Source: an uncultured Bacteroidota bacterium
GTDB taxonomy: Bacteria > Bacteroidota > Bacteroidia > Chitinophagales > LD1
DNA length: 64,000 nucleotides
NCBI GenBank assembly: GCA_903919075.1
Contig: CAIXGR010000073.1
Location: forward strand, 11,661-75,660
Direction of reading: 5' to 3'
The notes beneath the pieces are model-generated. The model was not told where the DNA came from. It did not search any database and was given only the letters and a program-made list of their open reading frames with translations. The translations under genes were made by a program, and so were the position numbers. Within the stretch, counting starts at the first letter, position 1. Every line of letters starts with the position of its first letter. This document shows positions 28,142 through 38,163 of this stretch, one piece after another.

Positions 28142-29437
28142 ATGAGCCAGGAACAAAAAAATAAAAAACCCGATCAAAGCTACTGGGGCATTGTAAAGCG
28201 CCAGTTTAAGAAAAACAGGTTGGCTGTTTGGAGCCTGCGCGTGGTATACTTAATTTTCTTTGTTGGCATATTTGCCGATTTTTTGGCTAATGAAAAACCA
28301 CTTTATTGCAAGCTGGAAGGCAAAACACATTTTCCGGTATTATTGGATTATGGGGTTAGCATGGGGCTTGTAAAAATGCCGCCTGAGCTTTTGAATGTAG
28401 ATTGGGTAAAAGCCGATTATGAATCGGTGTTGCGTGCGCCTATTCCTTACTCGCCACTAACACAAGATTTTGATAACGCATTTGCCAGCCCAACAAAAAA
28501 GCAGGATGTAACATCATGGCGTTTCAGGCATTTGTTAGGGTCGGACCAATTAGGCCGCGATTTGTTGTCGGGCCTTATACATGGTACACGCATTGCGATG
28601 CTGGTGGGTATAGTTTCAATGTCGATAGCATCGTTTTTTGGGATTTTGCTTGGCGCCATTGCTGGTTACTTTGGCGATAACCGGTTGCAGGTATCGCGCG
28701 TTACTCTTTTGCTGAATGTGGTTTTTGTTTTCTTCGGCTGGTTTTACGCTTTTGAGGCGCGCACTTATATAATGAGCGATGCGTTGTCGGATTCGTTTGG
28801 CAGCTTTAGTTTTCAATTTCTTATTTCGCTTTTATTATTTCTTGCCATTATGTTTATTCCGAACCTGATTGCCATGTTGTTTAAGGGCATTTCGTTTTTA
28901 GGTAAGCCGGTAACTATTCCTATTGATATTATTATTTCGCGCGCCATTGAAATATTAAACTCGATACCTATACTGCTGCTTATACTTTCGGTTTGTGCAG
29001 TGGTGAAAAAGCCTTCTATCATGCTTATCATGGTTATTATTGGCCTAACCGGATGGACCGGTATTGCCAGTTACATACGCGCAGAGTTGCTTAAAGTGCG
29101 CAGTCTGGAATATATTGAAGCAGCACAGTCGTTGGGCTTTAGCGAATGGAGGATTATGTTGCGCCACGCTATACCTAACTCATTAACATCTGTTCTAATT
29201 ACGGTTGCTTTCGGTGTAGCCAGTGCAATTCTTACTGAATCATCGCTTTCGTTTTTAGGTATAGGCGTACAGGCAGATGTGGTTACGTGGGGAAAGCTGT
29301 TGAATGAAGCCCGTTCGGAAGTAAGCTCATGGTGGTTTGCGGTTTTTCCGGGTCTTGCCATATTTGTAACCGTAACAGTTTTCAATCTTTTGGGTGAGGG
29401 ATTAACAGATGCCATGGACCCAAGGTTGAAACAATAA
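28142..29437 (+). CDS. ABC transporter permease (DppC/OppC-like)
   Basis: 431 aa. LGSDQLGRDLLS motif, EAA-loop (LEYIEAAQSLGFS), C-terminal LLGEGLTDAMDPRL. Confidence 0.88.
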   Translation: MSQEQKNKKPDQSYWGIVKRQFKKNRLAVWSLRVVYLIFFVGIFADFLANEKPLYCKLEGKTHFPVLLDYGVSMGLVKMPPELLNVDWVKADYESVLRAPIPYSPLTQDFDNAFASPTKKQDVTSWRFRHLLGSDQLGRDLLSGLIHGTRIAMLVGIVSMSIASFFGILLGAIAGYFGDNRLQVSRVTLLLNVVFVFFGWFYAFEARTYIMSDALSDSFGSFSFQFLISLLLFLAIMFIPNLIAMLFKGISFLGKPVTIPIDIIISRAIEILNSIPILLLILSVCAVVKKPSIMLIMVIIGLTGWTGIASYIRAELLKVRSLEYIEAAQSLGFSEWRIMLRHAIPNSLTSVLITVAFGVASAILTESSLSFLGIGVQADVVTWGKLLNEARSEVSSWWFAVFPGLAIFVTVTVFNLLGEGLTDAMDPRLKQ

Positions 29438-29456
29438 AAATTATAAATCGAACGTT

Positions 29457-29520
29457 CAAAAGGGCTAAATGGTTAAAGGAGTAATTTCCGTTAATCATTT
29501 AGCCCTTTTCTTTTAGTTTT
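29457..29520 (+). terminator. Long hairpin plus T-rich tail after the ABC permease genes
   Basis: AAAAGGGCTAAATG (29457-29470) pairs with CATTTAGCCCTTTT (29496-29509), followed by CTTTTAGTTTT. It begins 20 nt after the stop. Confidence 0.55.
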
Positions 29521-29526
29521 GAAGCA

Positions 29527-30966
29527 ATGAAACTTCTGCTGCATTTATTTTTTGTAGGTATTGCAATTTCTGCTGTTGCACAAACGGTTGAGGTTTCGAA
29601 CGAATATAAGATGCCTCCTAAAACCACTAAGTTTAGGATAATAGGAAAAAACAATGATGGTATTGTTATGCGCCTGTACGGCTCGCAGGATGTGATTAAT
29701 GTATTTGATGATAATTTCAGGCTTAGCGGCTCGAGGATACTCGATTTTAAAAACGAATCGGGTTTGCTGCAGTATATTATGCTGAACAAAAATGGCGCCG
29801 TTATTTTTTACTTATCGCAGGATAAAAAGTATTCGGTTTTGTTGGCCCAACCGGTAAGTTCAAAATTTATTGAGATGGGCAAGCCGGTTATTATTGATAC
29901 TATTTTTGACAGAAGAGATCTGATATCTGTTAATCTAAGGTTTAAGCAATCGGCAGATCAATCGTATTTAATGGTTTATTACCCGTTTTTTTCTGGAAGC
30001 ACCATCCGCGCGGTAAAGTTTATTGGCATAGACCAATCTTTGCATAGCCTTTATAATAAAACTATTCCTATTAACCGCGATGAAAAGGAGTTGGAAGAGT
30101 CACGGTCGTTTGTAGATAATAACGGAAATTCTTTTCTTGTTCTTAAACCCGAAAGCAAACTTGATGGCGCCGCCTATAACATATACCGGGTAAGCAGTAG
30201 TGGCGATTTTTCAACTTACAGTATCCATTCCGACAAGGCTTTTTTTGGTGAGGCATCGTTTGATATAGATAATAAGAATGGAAATCTTGTATTGTGTGCT
30301 TTATACAACGATAACAAGAGGGTGGAAGAAGTGGCCAATGGTTTTATATATGCAAGCTACAACCCGGTAGATGGAAAATTAATAAGTGCAAGCTATACGC
30401 CATTTTCGAAACAATTTATTTCGGAACTAACCGGCAGGGCTGATAACAACGACAAAGGAAAATTGTACACTTTTGTTATAAGGAAAGTGGTATTGCGAAA
30501 CGATGGAGGAGCCATGGTTATTGCTGAGTCATATATAAGAGATACCCGTGAGGTGCCTATTGCAATGGGTTTTCAGCAGGGGCTTACTAATTATCAAACC
30601 AGCACAATTTTTCAGTTTAATGATATCATCGCCTTTTCGTTTAATGCCAAGGCCGAAATAGATTGGCATTCGGTAATGCGGAAAAAGCAATCCAGCGAAG
30701 ATGACAACGGTGTTTACTCGTCGTTTCTGGCAATGAACGAAAAAGACAAGATGCGGCTTTTTTATTTAGATGACATTTCGGCTTCGGGGCTATTGAATGA
30801 ATATGTTTTAACCAGCGATGGCAAGAGCGATCGCAACGTGGTACTGAATCAGGAAGAAAAAGAAGTAATGTTATTACCAAAATTGGGAAAACAAATTTCA
30901 CCCAATCAGGTAGTAATACCAAGCTATATTAATGCAAATTTACGCCTGGTAAAAATTACTTTTTAA
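29527..30966 (+). CDS. Secreted hypothetical protein
   Basis: 479 aa with signal peptide (AISAVAQT). Beta-rich composition, ends ...LRLVKITF. No family recognised. Confidence 0.6.
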   Translation: MKLLLHLFFVGIAISAVAQTVEVSNEYKMPPKTTKFRIIGKNNDGIVMRLYGSQDVINVFDDNFRLSGSRILDFKNESGLLQYIMLNKNGAVIFYLSQDKKYSVLLAQPVSSKFIEMGKPVIIDTIFDRRDLISVNLRFKQSADQSYLMVYYPFFSGSTIRAVKFIGIDQSLHSLYNKTIPINRDEKELEESRSFVDNNGNSFLVLKPESKLDGAAYNIYRVSSSGDFSTYSIHSDKAFFGEASFDIDNKNGNLVLCALYNDNKRVEEVANGFIYASYNPVDGKLISASYTPFSKQFISELTGRADNNDKGKLYTFVIRKVVLRNDGGAMVIAESYIRDTREVPIAMGFQQGLTNYQTSTIFQFNDIIAFSFNAKAEIDWHSVMRKKQSSEDDNGVYSSFLAMNEKDKMRLFYLDDISASGLLNEYVLTSDGKSDRNVVLNQEEKEVMLLPKLGKQISPNQVVIPSYINANLRLVKITF

Positions 30967-31029
30967 AAAATCGAAACTCCTCGGGAACGAAAACTTCTTT
31001 AATATGAAATCTTATTAAAATTCAATTCA

Positions 31030-32037
31030 TTGCTTACCTTATTCAAATCAAATAACCCTGCCGTAGTAGTTTTGTATGTTTTGTATCTGGCATTGTTCAG
31101 GGTTTTTGCGCTTTATGTGCACGTTGATACTACATTTGTTTTTGCGCACAGCGAGCCGTTAAGTAAGATTATTTTCGGGTTACTAAAGAATGTTTTACAA
31201 AGGCATGAAATGGTAAGTTATGCTTTGTCAGGCGTGTTGTGTTTTATTCAGGCACTGCTGATTAATAATTTGATAAATGAAAACAAGATACTGCCGAAAA
31301 AAAATTATGTAGGTGGGTTGTTGTTTATAATAGTTTTTTCATTTTTTAAAGAAAGCTTGGTGCTTAGTCCTGCCTCTTTGGCATTAACGCTTATTATTTT
31401 AAGCACGCAGAGGATATTTTCGTTGATAAAAAAAGAAAAAGCAACGGGTGATATTTTTGATGTGGGCTTTTTGCTCTCTGTTGCAACCCTGATTTATTTT
31501 CCGTGCATAGTATTAGTTGTATTTGCCTTTGCAGGGGTGGCAATAGTAAGGCCATTTGCTTACCGAGAATGGGCCATTGTTTTTGTTGGGCTGCTTTCGC
31601 CTTTTATTCTTTTGTTCACTTTTTATTTTTGGAATGATAAAACTGCGATGCTATTCCACGATATTGCAAATGTACACGGAAAAGTATGGCTAAAAGGGCC
31701 GGCTTTATTACAAACAGATTGGCTTCTTGCCGGAAGTTTGCTTGTTTTTATTTTGGTTTCGTTAGTTATACTTCCTACAGCACTATATTCATCGCTTATA
31801 CAGGTGCGTAAATTTTCGACGACGCTTATTGTGCTTATTTTTTTGATAGGAATATCTTTTGTATTACAACAAAATAAAAGCCTATGCCACTGGGCTTTGT
31901 TGGCGTTGCCTCTATCAGTTATTTTTTCGATGGTGTTGATACAAATAAAAAATAAGTTAGTAAGCGAAGTAATTCATTTAATACTAATTTTGCTGGTGTT
32001 GGCAGGGCAGTATTTGCCAATGCTCGGCATTCTTTAA
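31030..32037 (+). CDS. Integral membrane hypothetical protein (about 9 TM helices)
   Basis: 335 aa, almost entirely hydrophobic helices. TTG start as given by the ORF track, with no in-frame ATG until residue 60 or so. Confidence 0.55.
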   Translation: MLTLFKSNNPAVVVLYVLYLALFRVFALYVHVDTTFVFAHSEPLSKIIFGLLKNVLQRHEMVSYALSGVLCFIQALLINNLINENKILPKKNYVGGLLFIIVFSFFKESLVLSPASLALTLIILSTQRIFSLIKKEKATGDIFDVGFLLSVATLIYFPCIVLVVFAFAGVAIVRPFAYREWAIVFVGLLSPFILLFTFYFWNDKTAMLFHDIANVHGKVWLKGPALLQTDWLLAGSLLVFILVSLVILPTALYSSLIQVRKFSTTLIVLIFLIGISFVLQQNKSLCHWALLALPLSVIFSMVLIQIKNKLVSEVIHLILILLVLAGQYLPMLGIL

Positions 32038-32058
32038 TAATATTAATAAAATATAAAT

Positions 32059-32778
32059 ATGAAATTTGGTATAGTAGTTTTTCCGGGTTCGAATTGCGAT
32101 AGAGATATGTTTCATGTGATTAAAAATGTAATGGGTTGCGAGGTTCGTTATGTTTGGCATAAGGATACTGACTTGTCGGATTTTACCACTGATGATTGCC
32201 TTGTTTTGCCTGGCGGGTTTAGCTATGGTGATTATTTACGTACAGGAGCCATTGCGCGTTTCTCTCCGGTAATGGAATCGATAACACAGTTTGCTGAAAA
32301 GGGGGGGAAGGTGTTTGGCGTTTGTAATGGTTTTCAAATTCTTTGCGAATCGCATTTATTGCCTGGTGCGCTTTTGCGCAATGAAAGCATGAAATACGAA
32401 TGCAAAAACATTTACCTGAAACCGCAAACTAATAAAGCATTATTAACTTGTAAGATTGATGCTGGTGCGGTGTTGAAAATTCCTATTGCACATGGCGATG
32501 GCAGGTATTATTGCGACCAGCCTACATTAACAGCGCTATATGATAACGACCAAGTGCTTTTTAAATATTGCGATGACAATGGCGATGTGATTGAAGAAGC
32601 CAATCCTAATGGCTCGGTAGATAATATTGCAGGTATTTGTAACACCGGTAGAAATGTTTTTGGCATGATGCCTCACCCTGAGCGCGCCGCTGAAAAGGCC
32701 TTATTGAATACCGATGGCAAGGTAATTTTTGAATCGCTGATTAGCCGGGTGTTGGAGATGACCGTGCTTTACGGATAG
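32059..32778 (+). CDS. purQ: Phosphoribosylformylglycinamidine synthase, glutaminase subunit PurQ
   Basis: 239 aa. [17 protein letters not shown], nucleophile context GVCNGFQIL, catalytic MMPHPER. Confidence 0.93.
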   Translation: MKFGIVVFPGSNCDRDMFHVIKNVMGCEVRYVWHKDTDLSDFTTDDCLVLPGGFSYGDYLRTGAIARFSPVMESITQFAEKGGKVFGVCNGFQILCESHLLPGALLRNESMKYECKNIYLKPQTNKALLTCKIDAGAVLKIPIAHGDGRYYCDQPTLTALYDNDQVLFKYCDDNGDVIEEANPNGSVDNIAGICNTGRNVFGMMPHPERAAEKALLNTDGKVIFESLISRVLEMTVLYG

Positions 32779-32822
32779 TTCGGGGTTACACGTTACAGGT
32801 TAATACAATAAATAGGTTACCT

Positions 32823-33317
32823 ATGACAAAGGATGAACGTGTTCGGCTTATTGAATCGTACGGGCAGGCACATGATAATCTTGTAACCGCACTGAAGGAA
32901 TTCCCCAAAGAGATGTGGCAATGGAAGCCCTCGCATGAAAAATGGAGCGTGCACGAAATTATTATTCATATTGCCGATAGTGAAGCGAATAGCTATGTGC
33001 GTTGCAGAAGGTTTATTGCTGAACCGGGTAGTGGTGTTTACGGATATGACCAAGATAAATGGGCGATAGATTTAAAATATCACAACCAAAGCATTGAAGA
33101 TAATTTGCAGCTTTTTAAATGGCTGAGAAAGTTGAGTTATGATTTGATAAAAACGGTAGATGATAAAACGTGGGAAACCGCAACCATTCATCATTCGGAA
33201 AATGGGGTTATGAAATTTGAAGAGTGGTTGAAAATATATGAGGAGCATATACCGGTGCATATAAGGCAGATGAGGAGGAATTTGGAGGAGTGGAAGAGGG
33301 TGAATGGTAAACAGTGA
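32823..33317 (+). CDS. DinB-family (four-helix bundle metal-binding) protein
   Basis: 164 aa. WSVHEIIIHIADSE ... HEEHIPVHIRQM is a typical DinB/YfiT His pattern. Confidence 0.75.
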   Translation: MTKDERVRLIESYGQAHDNLVTALKEFPKEMWQWKPSHEKWSVHEIIIHIADSEANSYVRCRRFIAEPGSGVYGYDQDKWAIDLKYHNQSIEDNLQLFKWLRKLSYDLIKTVDDKTWETATIHHSENGVMKFEEWLKIYEEHIPVHIRQMRRNLEEWKRVNGKQ

Positions 33318-33329
33318 ATAGGCAATAAT

Positions 33330-33368
33330 AAAAAAACCACCAGATAAATCCGGTGGCTTATATTTTTT
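33330..33368. terminator. Probable bidirectional terminator between the DinB-family gene and infB
   Basis: A7-CCACCAGA-TAAA-TCCGGTGG-CTTATATTTTTT. The hairpin is flanked by an A-run (a U-run for the minus-strand infB transcript) and a T-run. Confidence 0.5.
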
Positions 33369-33386
33369 ATAGTGTAATTTTCAAAA

Positions 33387-36116
33387 CTACAGTTTACGTT
33401 GCACTTCAATTTCTTCGAATACCTCAATTACATCGCCTTCTTTAATATCCTGGTAGTCTTTAATTTGAACGCCGCACTCTAAGCCGCTTACTACTTCTTT
33501 GGCATCGTCTTTAAAGCGTTTTAAGCTGCCAACAGTACCGGTATGAATAACAATGCCATCGCGGATGATACGGATTTTCGATTTGTTGAGTATACGGCCA
33601 TCCTTAACAAAACCACCGGCAATGGTACCTACTTTGCTAACATGCAATGCACTGCGAACTTCGACATTACCAATAATTTTTTCTTCAATCTTAGGTTCCA
33701 ATAAACCTTCCATAGCGCTCTTTATTTCTTCGATAGCGTTGTAGATGATAGAATAAAGACGGATATCAATGTTTTCAGTTTCGGCAATTTTCTTCGCGTT
33801 GCCAGAAGGGCGAACGTTGAAGCCGATAACGATTGCATCGGAAGCGGTTGCTAACAATACATCTGATTCGGAAATTGCACCAACACCTTTATGGATAATA
33901 CGAACCTGAATTTCTTCGGTTGAAAGTTTAAGCAATGAATCGGCAAGTGCTTCAACCGAGCCATCTACATCGCCTTTCAAGATTAAGTTCAACTCTTTAA
34001 AATTGCCTAATGCCAGACGGCGGCCGATTTCATCGAGCGTAATGTGTTTCTTGGTTCTTATACCGGTTTCGCGTTCTATTTGCGCACGTTTAGTAGCTAG
34101 TTCTTTAGCGTCCTGTTCGTTAGAGAACACTTTGAATTTTTCGCCTGCTTGTGGCGCGCCGCTCAACCCAAGCACCTGCACCGGACCCGATGGGCCAACT
34201 TCTTTTACCTTTTCGCCTTTGTAATCGAACATGGCTTTTACTCTTCCATAATATGGACCGGCTACAATAATATCGCTCAATTTCAAAGTGCCGTTTTGAA
34301 CTAACAGGGTTGTGGTATAGCCTCTTCCCTTATCAAGTGTAGCTTCAATAACTGAACCTGAGGCCAATTTAGCAGGGTTGGCTTTTAATTCCAAAAGATC
34401 GGATTGAATTGAAATTTTTTCGAGCAATAAATCAATGTTCAATCCTTTTTTGGCAGAAATTTCCTGCGATTGATAAGGGCCGCCCCATTCTTCCACTAAT
34501 ATATTCATAACGGAAAGTTGTTCCCGTATCTTATCGGCATTAGCGCCATCTTTATCAATTTTGTTGAATGCAAAAATCATTGGCACACCAGCGCTTTGTG
34601 CGTGGTTGATGGCTTCTTTTGTTTGAGGCATCACTGCATCATCGGCAGCAATTACAATTACGGCAACGTCGGTTACTTTAGCACCGCGGGCACGCATGGC
34701 CGTGAATGCTTCGTGACCTGGTGTATCTAAAAAAGTAATTTTGCGGCCACTACCGGTGGTTACTTCGTAAGCCCCGATGTGCTGTGTTATACCACCGGCT
34801 TCTTTTGCGGCTACATTAGTTTTACGAATGTAATCGAGCAATGAAGTTTTACCGTGATCGACGTGGCCCATGATAGTTACAATAGGCGCGCGTGTTTGAA
34901 GGTCTTCCGGTTTATCAGGATCATCTTCTTTAAATGCAGTTTGATCGGCGGCTGAAATAAATTCAACTTCAAAACCATTTTCTGCCGCTACTAATTCAAT
35001 AATAGTAGCATCCAGTCGTTGGTTGATAGAAACAATTACACCCAATTGCATACAGGTTTGAATAACCTGCACCGGTGCTATGCTCATAAGACTAGCTAAC
35101 TCGGAAACAGAGGTAAACTCTGCTACCTGCAGTTTATTGCTTTGTCTGCCTTCTTGCTCGGCCGCCATTTTTTCTTGTATGGCTTCACGTTTTCCTCTTC
35201 TTAATTTCGAGCGGTCGCTTTTTGCGGTTTGCGCTTGAATTTTTGCCATCGTGGCTCTAATCTTATCTTCAATTTCTTTTTCGCTAATCTCAGCCGGTTG
35301 ACCTATGTCAGGCTTACGAATAACCTCGCGCTTGCGTTGAAAATTCTCAACCTTCTTATCGTAGTATTGATCGCCAGCTAAAGGTGGGCGTTCTTTTTTC
35401 TTAATAAGCTTACGGGTACGTTTTTTAGCTTCGCCGTTAGCTTCGGTTAAAGTTTTAGGCTCTTCTTTTTTCTTAGGCTTCTCTTCAAACTTTGTAAGGT
35501 CTATTCTTCCAACTTCTTTAGGGCCTTCGAGTGTTTGGTATTTAGTTTCAATTTTTACTTCAGGCTCGGGTTCGGGTTCGGTTTTTTTCTTTTTAGGTTT
35601 TTCTTCTACAACCTCCTCAACCTTCGCCTCTTCTTTTTTCTTCTTCTCTGTTTCTTTCTCCTTCTCTTTTTCTTTTTCTTTTTCCTCTTTGTCCTTTTTA
35701 GGTTTATCGAGGTCAACTACGCCCACTACTTTTGTTCCTTCTAAAAGAACTTTTTCAGCACTTATCGTTTCTTCTTCTGCTTTCTCTTTCTCTTTCTCCT
35801 TTTTAGGAGCAAGGTTGTTCTTAACCAGAACATCTTTTTCTTCCTCTTTCTTTTTGGCAGGGGCAATAACAGTTTCTGCCATTTCGATGCTTTCCTTTTT
35901 CGCCTTATCTATTTTGGCGTTGTCGGCTTGCTCTTTAATAGCTTTATCTGTACCAAAAGCTTTCTCCAACACCGAAACCATTTCGGGTGTTAGTTTAAAA
36001 GTAGGTTTGTTCTCGACCGTAAAGCCGCTCTCTTTCAATCTCTCCAGCACGTGCTCCGTACTTACGTTGTACGTAGTTGCGGCTTTTGCCAATCGCATAC
36101 TTATTGCTTCTGCCAT
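33387..36116 (-). CDS. infB: Translation initiation factor IF-2
   Basis: 909 aa. Lys/Glu-rich N-terminal region, GTPase domain ([27 protein letters not shown]), conserved C-terminal domains. Confidence 0.97.
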   Translation of the reverse strand: MAEAISMRLAKAATTYNVSTEHVLERLKESGFTVENKPTFKLTPEMVSVLEKAFGTDKAIKEQADNAKIDKAKKESIEMAETVIAPAKKKEEEKDVLVKNNLAPKKEKEKEKAEEETISAEKVLLEGTKVVGVVDLDKPKKDKEEKEKEKEKEKETEKKKKEEAKVEEVVEEKPKKKKTEPEPEPEVKIETKYQTLEGPKEVGRIDLTKFEEKPKKKEEPKTLTEANGEAKKRTRKLIKKKERPPLAGDQYYDKKVENFQRKREVIRKPDIGQPAEISEKEIEDKIRATMAKIQAQTAKSDRSKLRRGKREAIQEKMAAEQEGRQSNKLQVAEFTSVSELASLMSIAPVQVIQTCMQLGVIVSINQRLDATIIELVAAENGFEVEFISAADQTAFKEDDPDKPEDLQTRAPIVTIMGHVDHGKTSLLDYIRKTNVAAKEAGGITQHIGAYEVTTGSGRKITFLDTPGHEAFTAMRARGAKVTDVAVIVIAADDAVMPQTKEAINHAQSAGVPMIFAFNKIDKDGANADKIREQLSVMNILVEEWGGPYQSQEISAKKGLNIDLLLEKISIQSDLLELKANPAKLASGSVIEATLDKGRGYTTTLLVQNGTLKLSDIIVAGPYYGRVKAMFDYKGEKVKEVGPSGPVQVLGLSGAPQAGEKFKVFSNEQDAKELATKRAQIERETGIRTKKHITLDEIGRRLALGNFKELNLILKGDVDGSVEALADSLLKLSTEEIQVRIIHKGVGAISESDVLLATASDAIVIGFNVRPSGNAKKIAETENIDIRLYSIIYNAIEEIKSAMEGLLEPKIEEKIIGNVEVRSALHVSKVGTIAGGFVKDGRILNKSKIRIIRDGIVIHTGTVGSLKRFKDDAKEVVSGLECGVQIKDYQDIKEGDVIEVFEEIEVQRKL

Positions 36117-36290
36117 ATTCTTTTTTTAGTGATGTATATCTGTTTTTTAGCGATTGGCACTCTGCACCCTTCGCCCGCACCCTCTGGCCCCCTAAAGGGA
36201 GAACTGCTCCCTTCAAATTGCCTCCGTGCTGCTAAAAGCAGGATATGCCAATCACTTTCTTTTTACTTTTTGTTCTGTCGTCTTCATTGC

Positions 36291-37553
36291 TCAAGATGCT
36301 TTTTCGTCATCTTTGAACTCGCTCTGAAGAATCTTTCTTATTTCTTTAATGGTCTCTTCTTCAAGATCGGTGCGGCGTACTAATTCCTCGTCGCTCAAAG
36401 CAATTACGCTTTTTGCGGTGTCGCAACCAATCTTTTTCAATTCATCAATCATCCAGCCATCAATTTCATCTGAAAATTCATCGAGATCGATATCGTATTC
36501 TTCTTCGCTTCCCTCTTCGGTTTCGCGATAAACATCAATTTCAAAACCCACTAAGCGGCTAGCTAATTTTATGTTTACACCACGTTTGCCGATAGCCAAA
36601 GAAACCTGATCAGGTTTTAAATAAACTGAAATACGTTTAGTTTCCTGATCAATATCAAGCGAAGTGATTTTAGCCGGAGCCAAAGCACGCTGTACCATTA
36701 ACGAAAGGTTATTGGTGTGGTTAATGATATCGATATTCTCGTTTTTCAACTCGCGCACTATGCCGTGAATACGTGAACCTTTAACACCTACACAGGCACC
36801 AACCGGGTCAATACGGTCGTCGAAAGATTCAACTACTACTTTTGCTTTTTCACCTGGTTCGCGAACGATGTTTTTTACAACTATCAGGCCGTCGAAAATT
36901 TCCGGAACTTCCTGCTCTAATAATTTTGAAAGGAAAGAATTATCGGTGCGCGAAAGAATGATAACCGGTGAGCCGTTTCTTAATTCAACTTTCTTCACTA
37001 CTGCGCGAACGGTTTCGCCTTTTTTAAAGAAGTCGGTTTTTATTTGTTCAGATTTAGGCAACAACAATTCATTGCTCTCTTCATCTAACAACAAAATTTC
37101 TTTTTTCCATACCTGGTAAACTTCGGCTGAAATTATTTCGCCTACCCGGTCTTTATACTTTTTGAACATTTCGTCCTTCTCCAAATCACCAACGCGTGAA
37201 GCGAGGGTTTGGCGAGCAGCTAATATTGCCCGGCGGCCGAAACTTTCTAATTCAATCTTTTCGTATGTTTCTTCACCTATTTCAAAATCTTCTTCAAGTT
37301 TTTTAGCCTCGGTAATACCAATTTGCGTAATAGGGTTTTCAACTGCCTCATCGGCAACTATTTCGCGGCGGTGCCAAATTTCCAAGTCACCTTTATCGGT
37401 GTTAACGATAACATCGAAGTTATCGGCATCAACATATTTTTTGCGCAGCAGTGTACGAAAAACGTCTTCCAACACCTTCATCATGGTGGGACGATCAATA
37501 TTTTTCATTTGTTTGAACTCGCTGAACGAGTCAATCAGTTCTAAACTGTTCAT
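36291..37553 (-). CDS. nusA: Transcription termination/antitermination factor NusA
   Basis: 420 aa. N-terminal RNAP-binding domain, S1 (GEIISAEVYQV), two KH domains (ACVGVKGSRIH, AIGKRGVNIKLAS). Confidence 0.97.
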   Translation of the reverse strand: MNSLELIDSFSEFKQMKNIDRPTMMKVLEDVFRTLLRKKYVDADNFDVIVNTDKGDLEIWHRREIVADEAVENPITQIGITEAKKLEEDFEIGEETYEKIELESFGRRAILAARQTLASRVGDLEKDEMFKKYKDRVGEIISAEVYQVWKKEILLLDEESNELLLPKSEQIKTDFFKKGETVRAVVKKVELRNGSPVIILSRTDNSFLSKLLEQEVPEIFDGLIVVKNIVREPGEKAKVVVESFDDRIDPVGACVGVKGSRIHGIVRELKNENIDIINHTNNLSLMVQRALAPAKITSLDIDQETKRISVYLKPDQVSLAIGKRGVNIKLASRLVGFEIDVYRETEEGSEEEYDIDLDEFSDEIDGWMIDELKKIGCDTAKSVIALSDEELVRRTDLEEETIKEIRKILQSEFKDDEKAS

Positions 37554-37610
37554 GGTTTTTGATTTTGTGTTTTGAAGATTTATTTGTTTAGTTCAGTAAT
37601 GTTTTAACTC

Positions 37611-38108
37611 TTAAAATTTAAATTGCAACACAGCCTTTTTTATTTCATCGTAATTTAAAATGTATTCTTTCAAAGGTTCTTCGGCTTGTATGTTGTTCTT
37701 GTTTTTTTTATTCTTCTTTTTTTCTTCGCGCACCTCCTGCAGTTTTATTTTTTCATTGTCGGCTTCCATTAATTGGGCCTCAAACATGGTGCCATCGTTT
37801 TTTACAATTTCAAGTATGCGGCCGATTCTTCTTTTATATTGGCGCGGTACTTTTAGGGGGTTATCCATTCCGGGGCTCGAAACCTCAAGAATGTAGTTAT
37901 CGGGTACCAGGCCGCTTCCATCTAAATGGCTTTCGAGAAAGCGGGAAGTTGAAGCACAGTCGTCAATATGTATTCCTGTATCGCTATCAATATAAACTTC
38001 GAGCTTTCTTCCCAATATAAACCGGATTTCTACCAGAAAGAGATTTTTCTCGTTCAGCACCGGCTGTAGCCACTCTTCAATCTTACTATTTACTGTCTCA
38101 ACGCTCAT
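37611..38108 (-). CDS. rimP: Ribosome maturation factor RimP
   Basis: 165 aa. LEVSSPGMDNPL motif, positioned directly upstream of nusA-infB. Confidence 0.9.
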   Translation of the reverse strand: MSVETVNSKIEEWLQPVLNEKNLFLVEIRFILGRKLEVYIDSDTGIHIDDCASTSRFLESHLDGSGLVPDNYILEVSSPGMDNPLKVPRQYKRRIGRILEIVKNDGTMFEAQLMEADNEKIKLQEVREEKKKNKKNKNNIQAEEPLKEYILNYDEIKKAVLQFKF

Positions 38109-38110
38109 GT

Positions 38111-38146
38111 CCGAAAAATAAGAGAGGGGACTCTCGTCCCCTCTTT
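38111..38146 (-). terminator. Terminator-like hairpin + U-tract inside the rimP leader (candidate attenuator)
   Basis: Minus-strand RNA is AAAGAGGGGAC-GAGA-GUCCCCUCU-CUUAUUUUUCGGAC-AUG. It has a 9-11 bp stem and a tetraloop. The U-rich tract ends 3 nt before the rimP start codon. Confidence 0.5.
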
Positions 38147-38163
38147 TCTCATATAATCTGGCG

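Noticed and set aside
32085-32095. A GGGTTCGAATT string resembling a tRNA T-arm.
   Set aside because: It lies in codons 9-13 of purQ (FPGSNCD). There is no acceptor stem or anticodon arm around it. No intergenic region in the window is long and structured enough for a tRNA.
35530-35800. Highly repetitive purine/pyrimidine-rich DNA (ctttttc/ttctcttt units) that looks like a tandem repeat or array.
   Set aside because: It lies inside infB and encodes the Lys/Glu-rich low-complexity N-terminal region of IF-2 ([11 protein letters not shown]...[18 protein letters not shown]). There is no regular repeat-spacer periodicity. The plus-strand ORFs there (35535-35744, 35689-36129) are mirror artefacts.
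35995-36383. ORFs of 73 aa (-) and 110 aa (+) spanning the nusA-infB spacer.
   Set aside because: Both run across gene boundaries and across the GC-rich palindromic spacer. Their peptides (…PSPAPSGPLKGELLPS…, …LPLGGQRVRAKGAE…) look like translations of a repeat or hairpin element. I treat the region as non-coding.
37162-37575. A 137-aa plus-strand ORF and a nested 73-aa ORF.
   Set aside because: They are antisense to nusA. The products are Ser-rich and low-complexity, so these are shadow ORFs.
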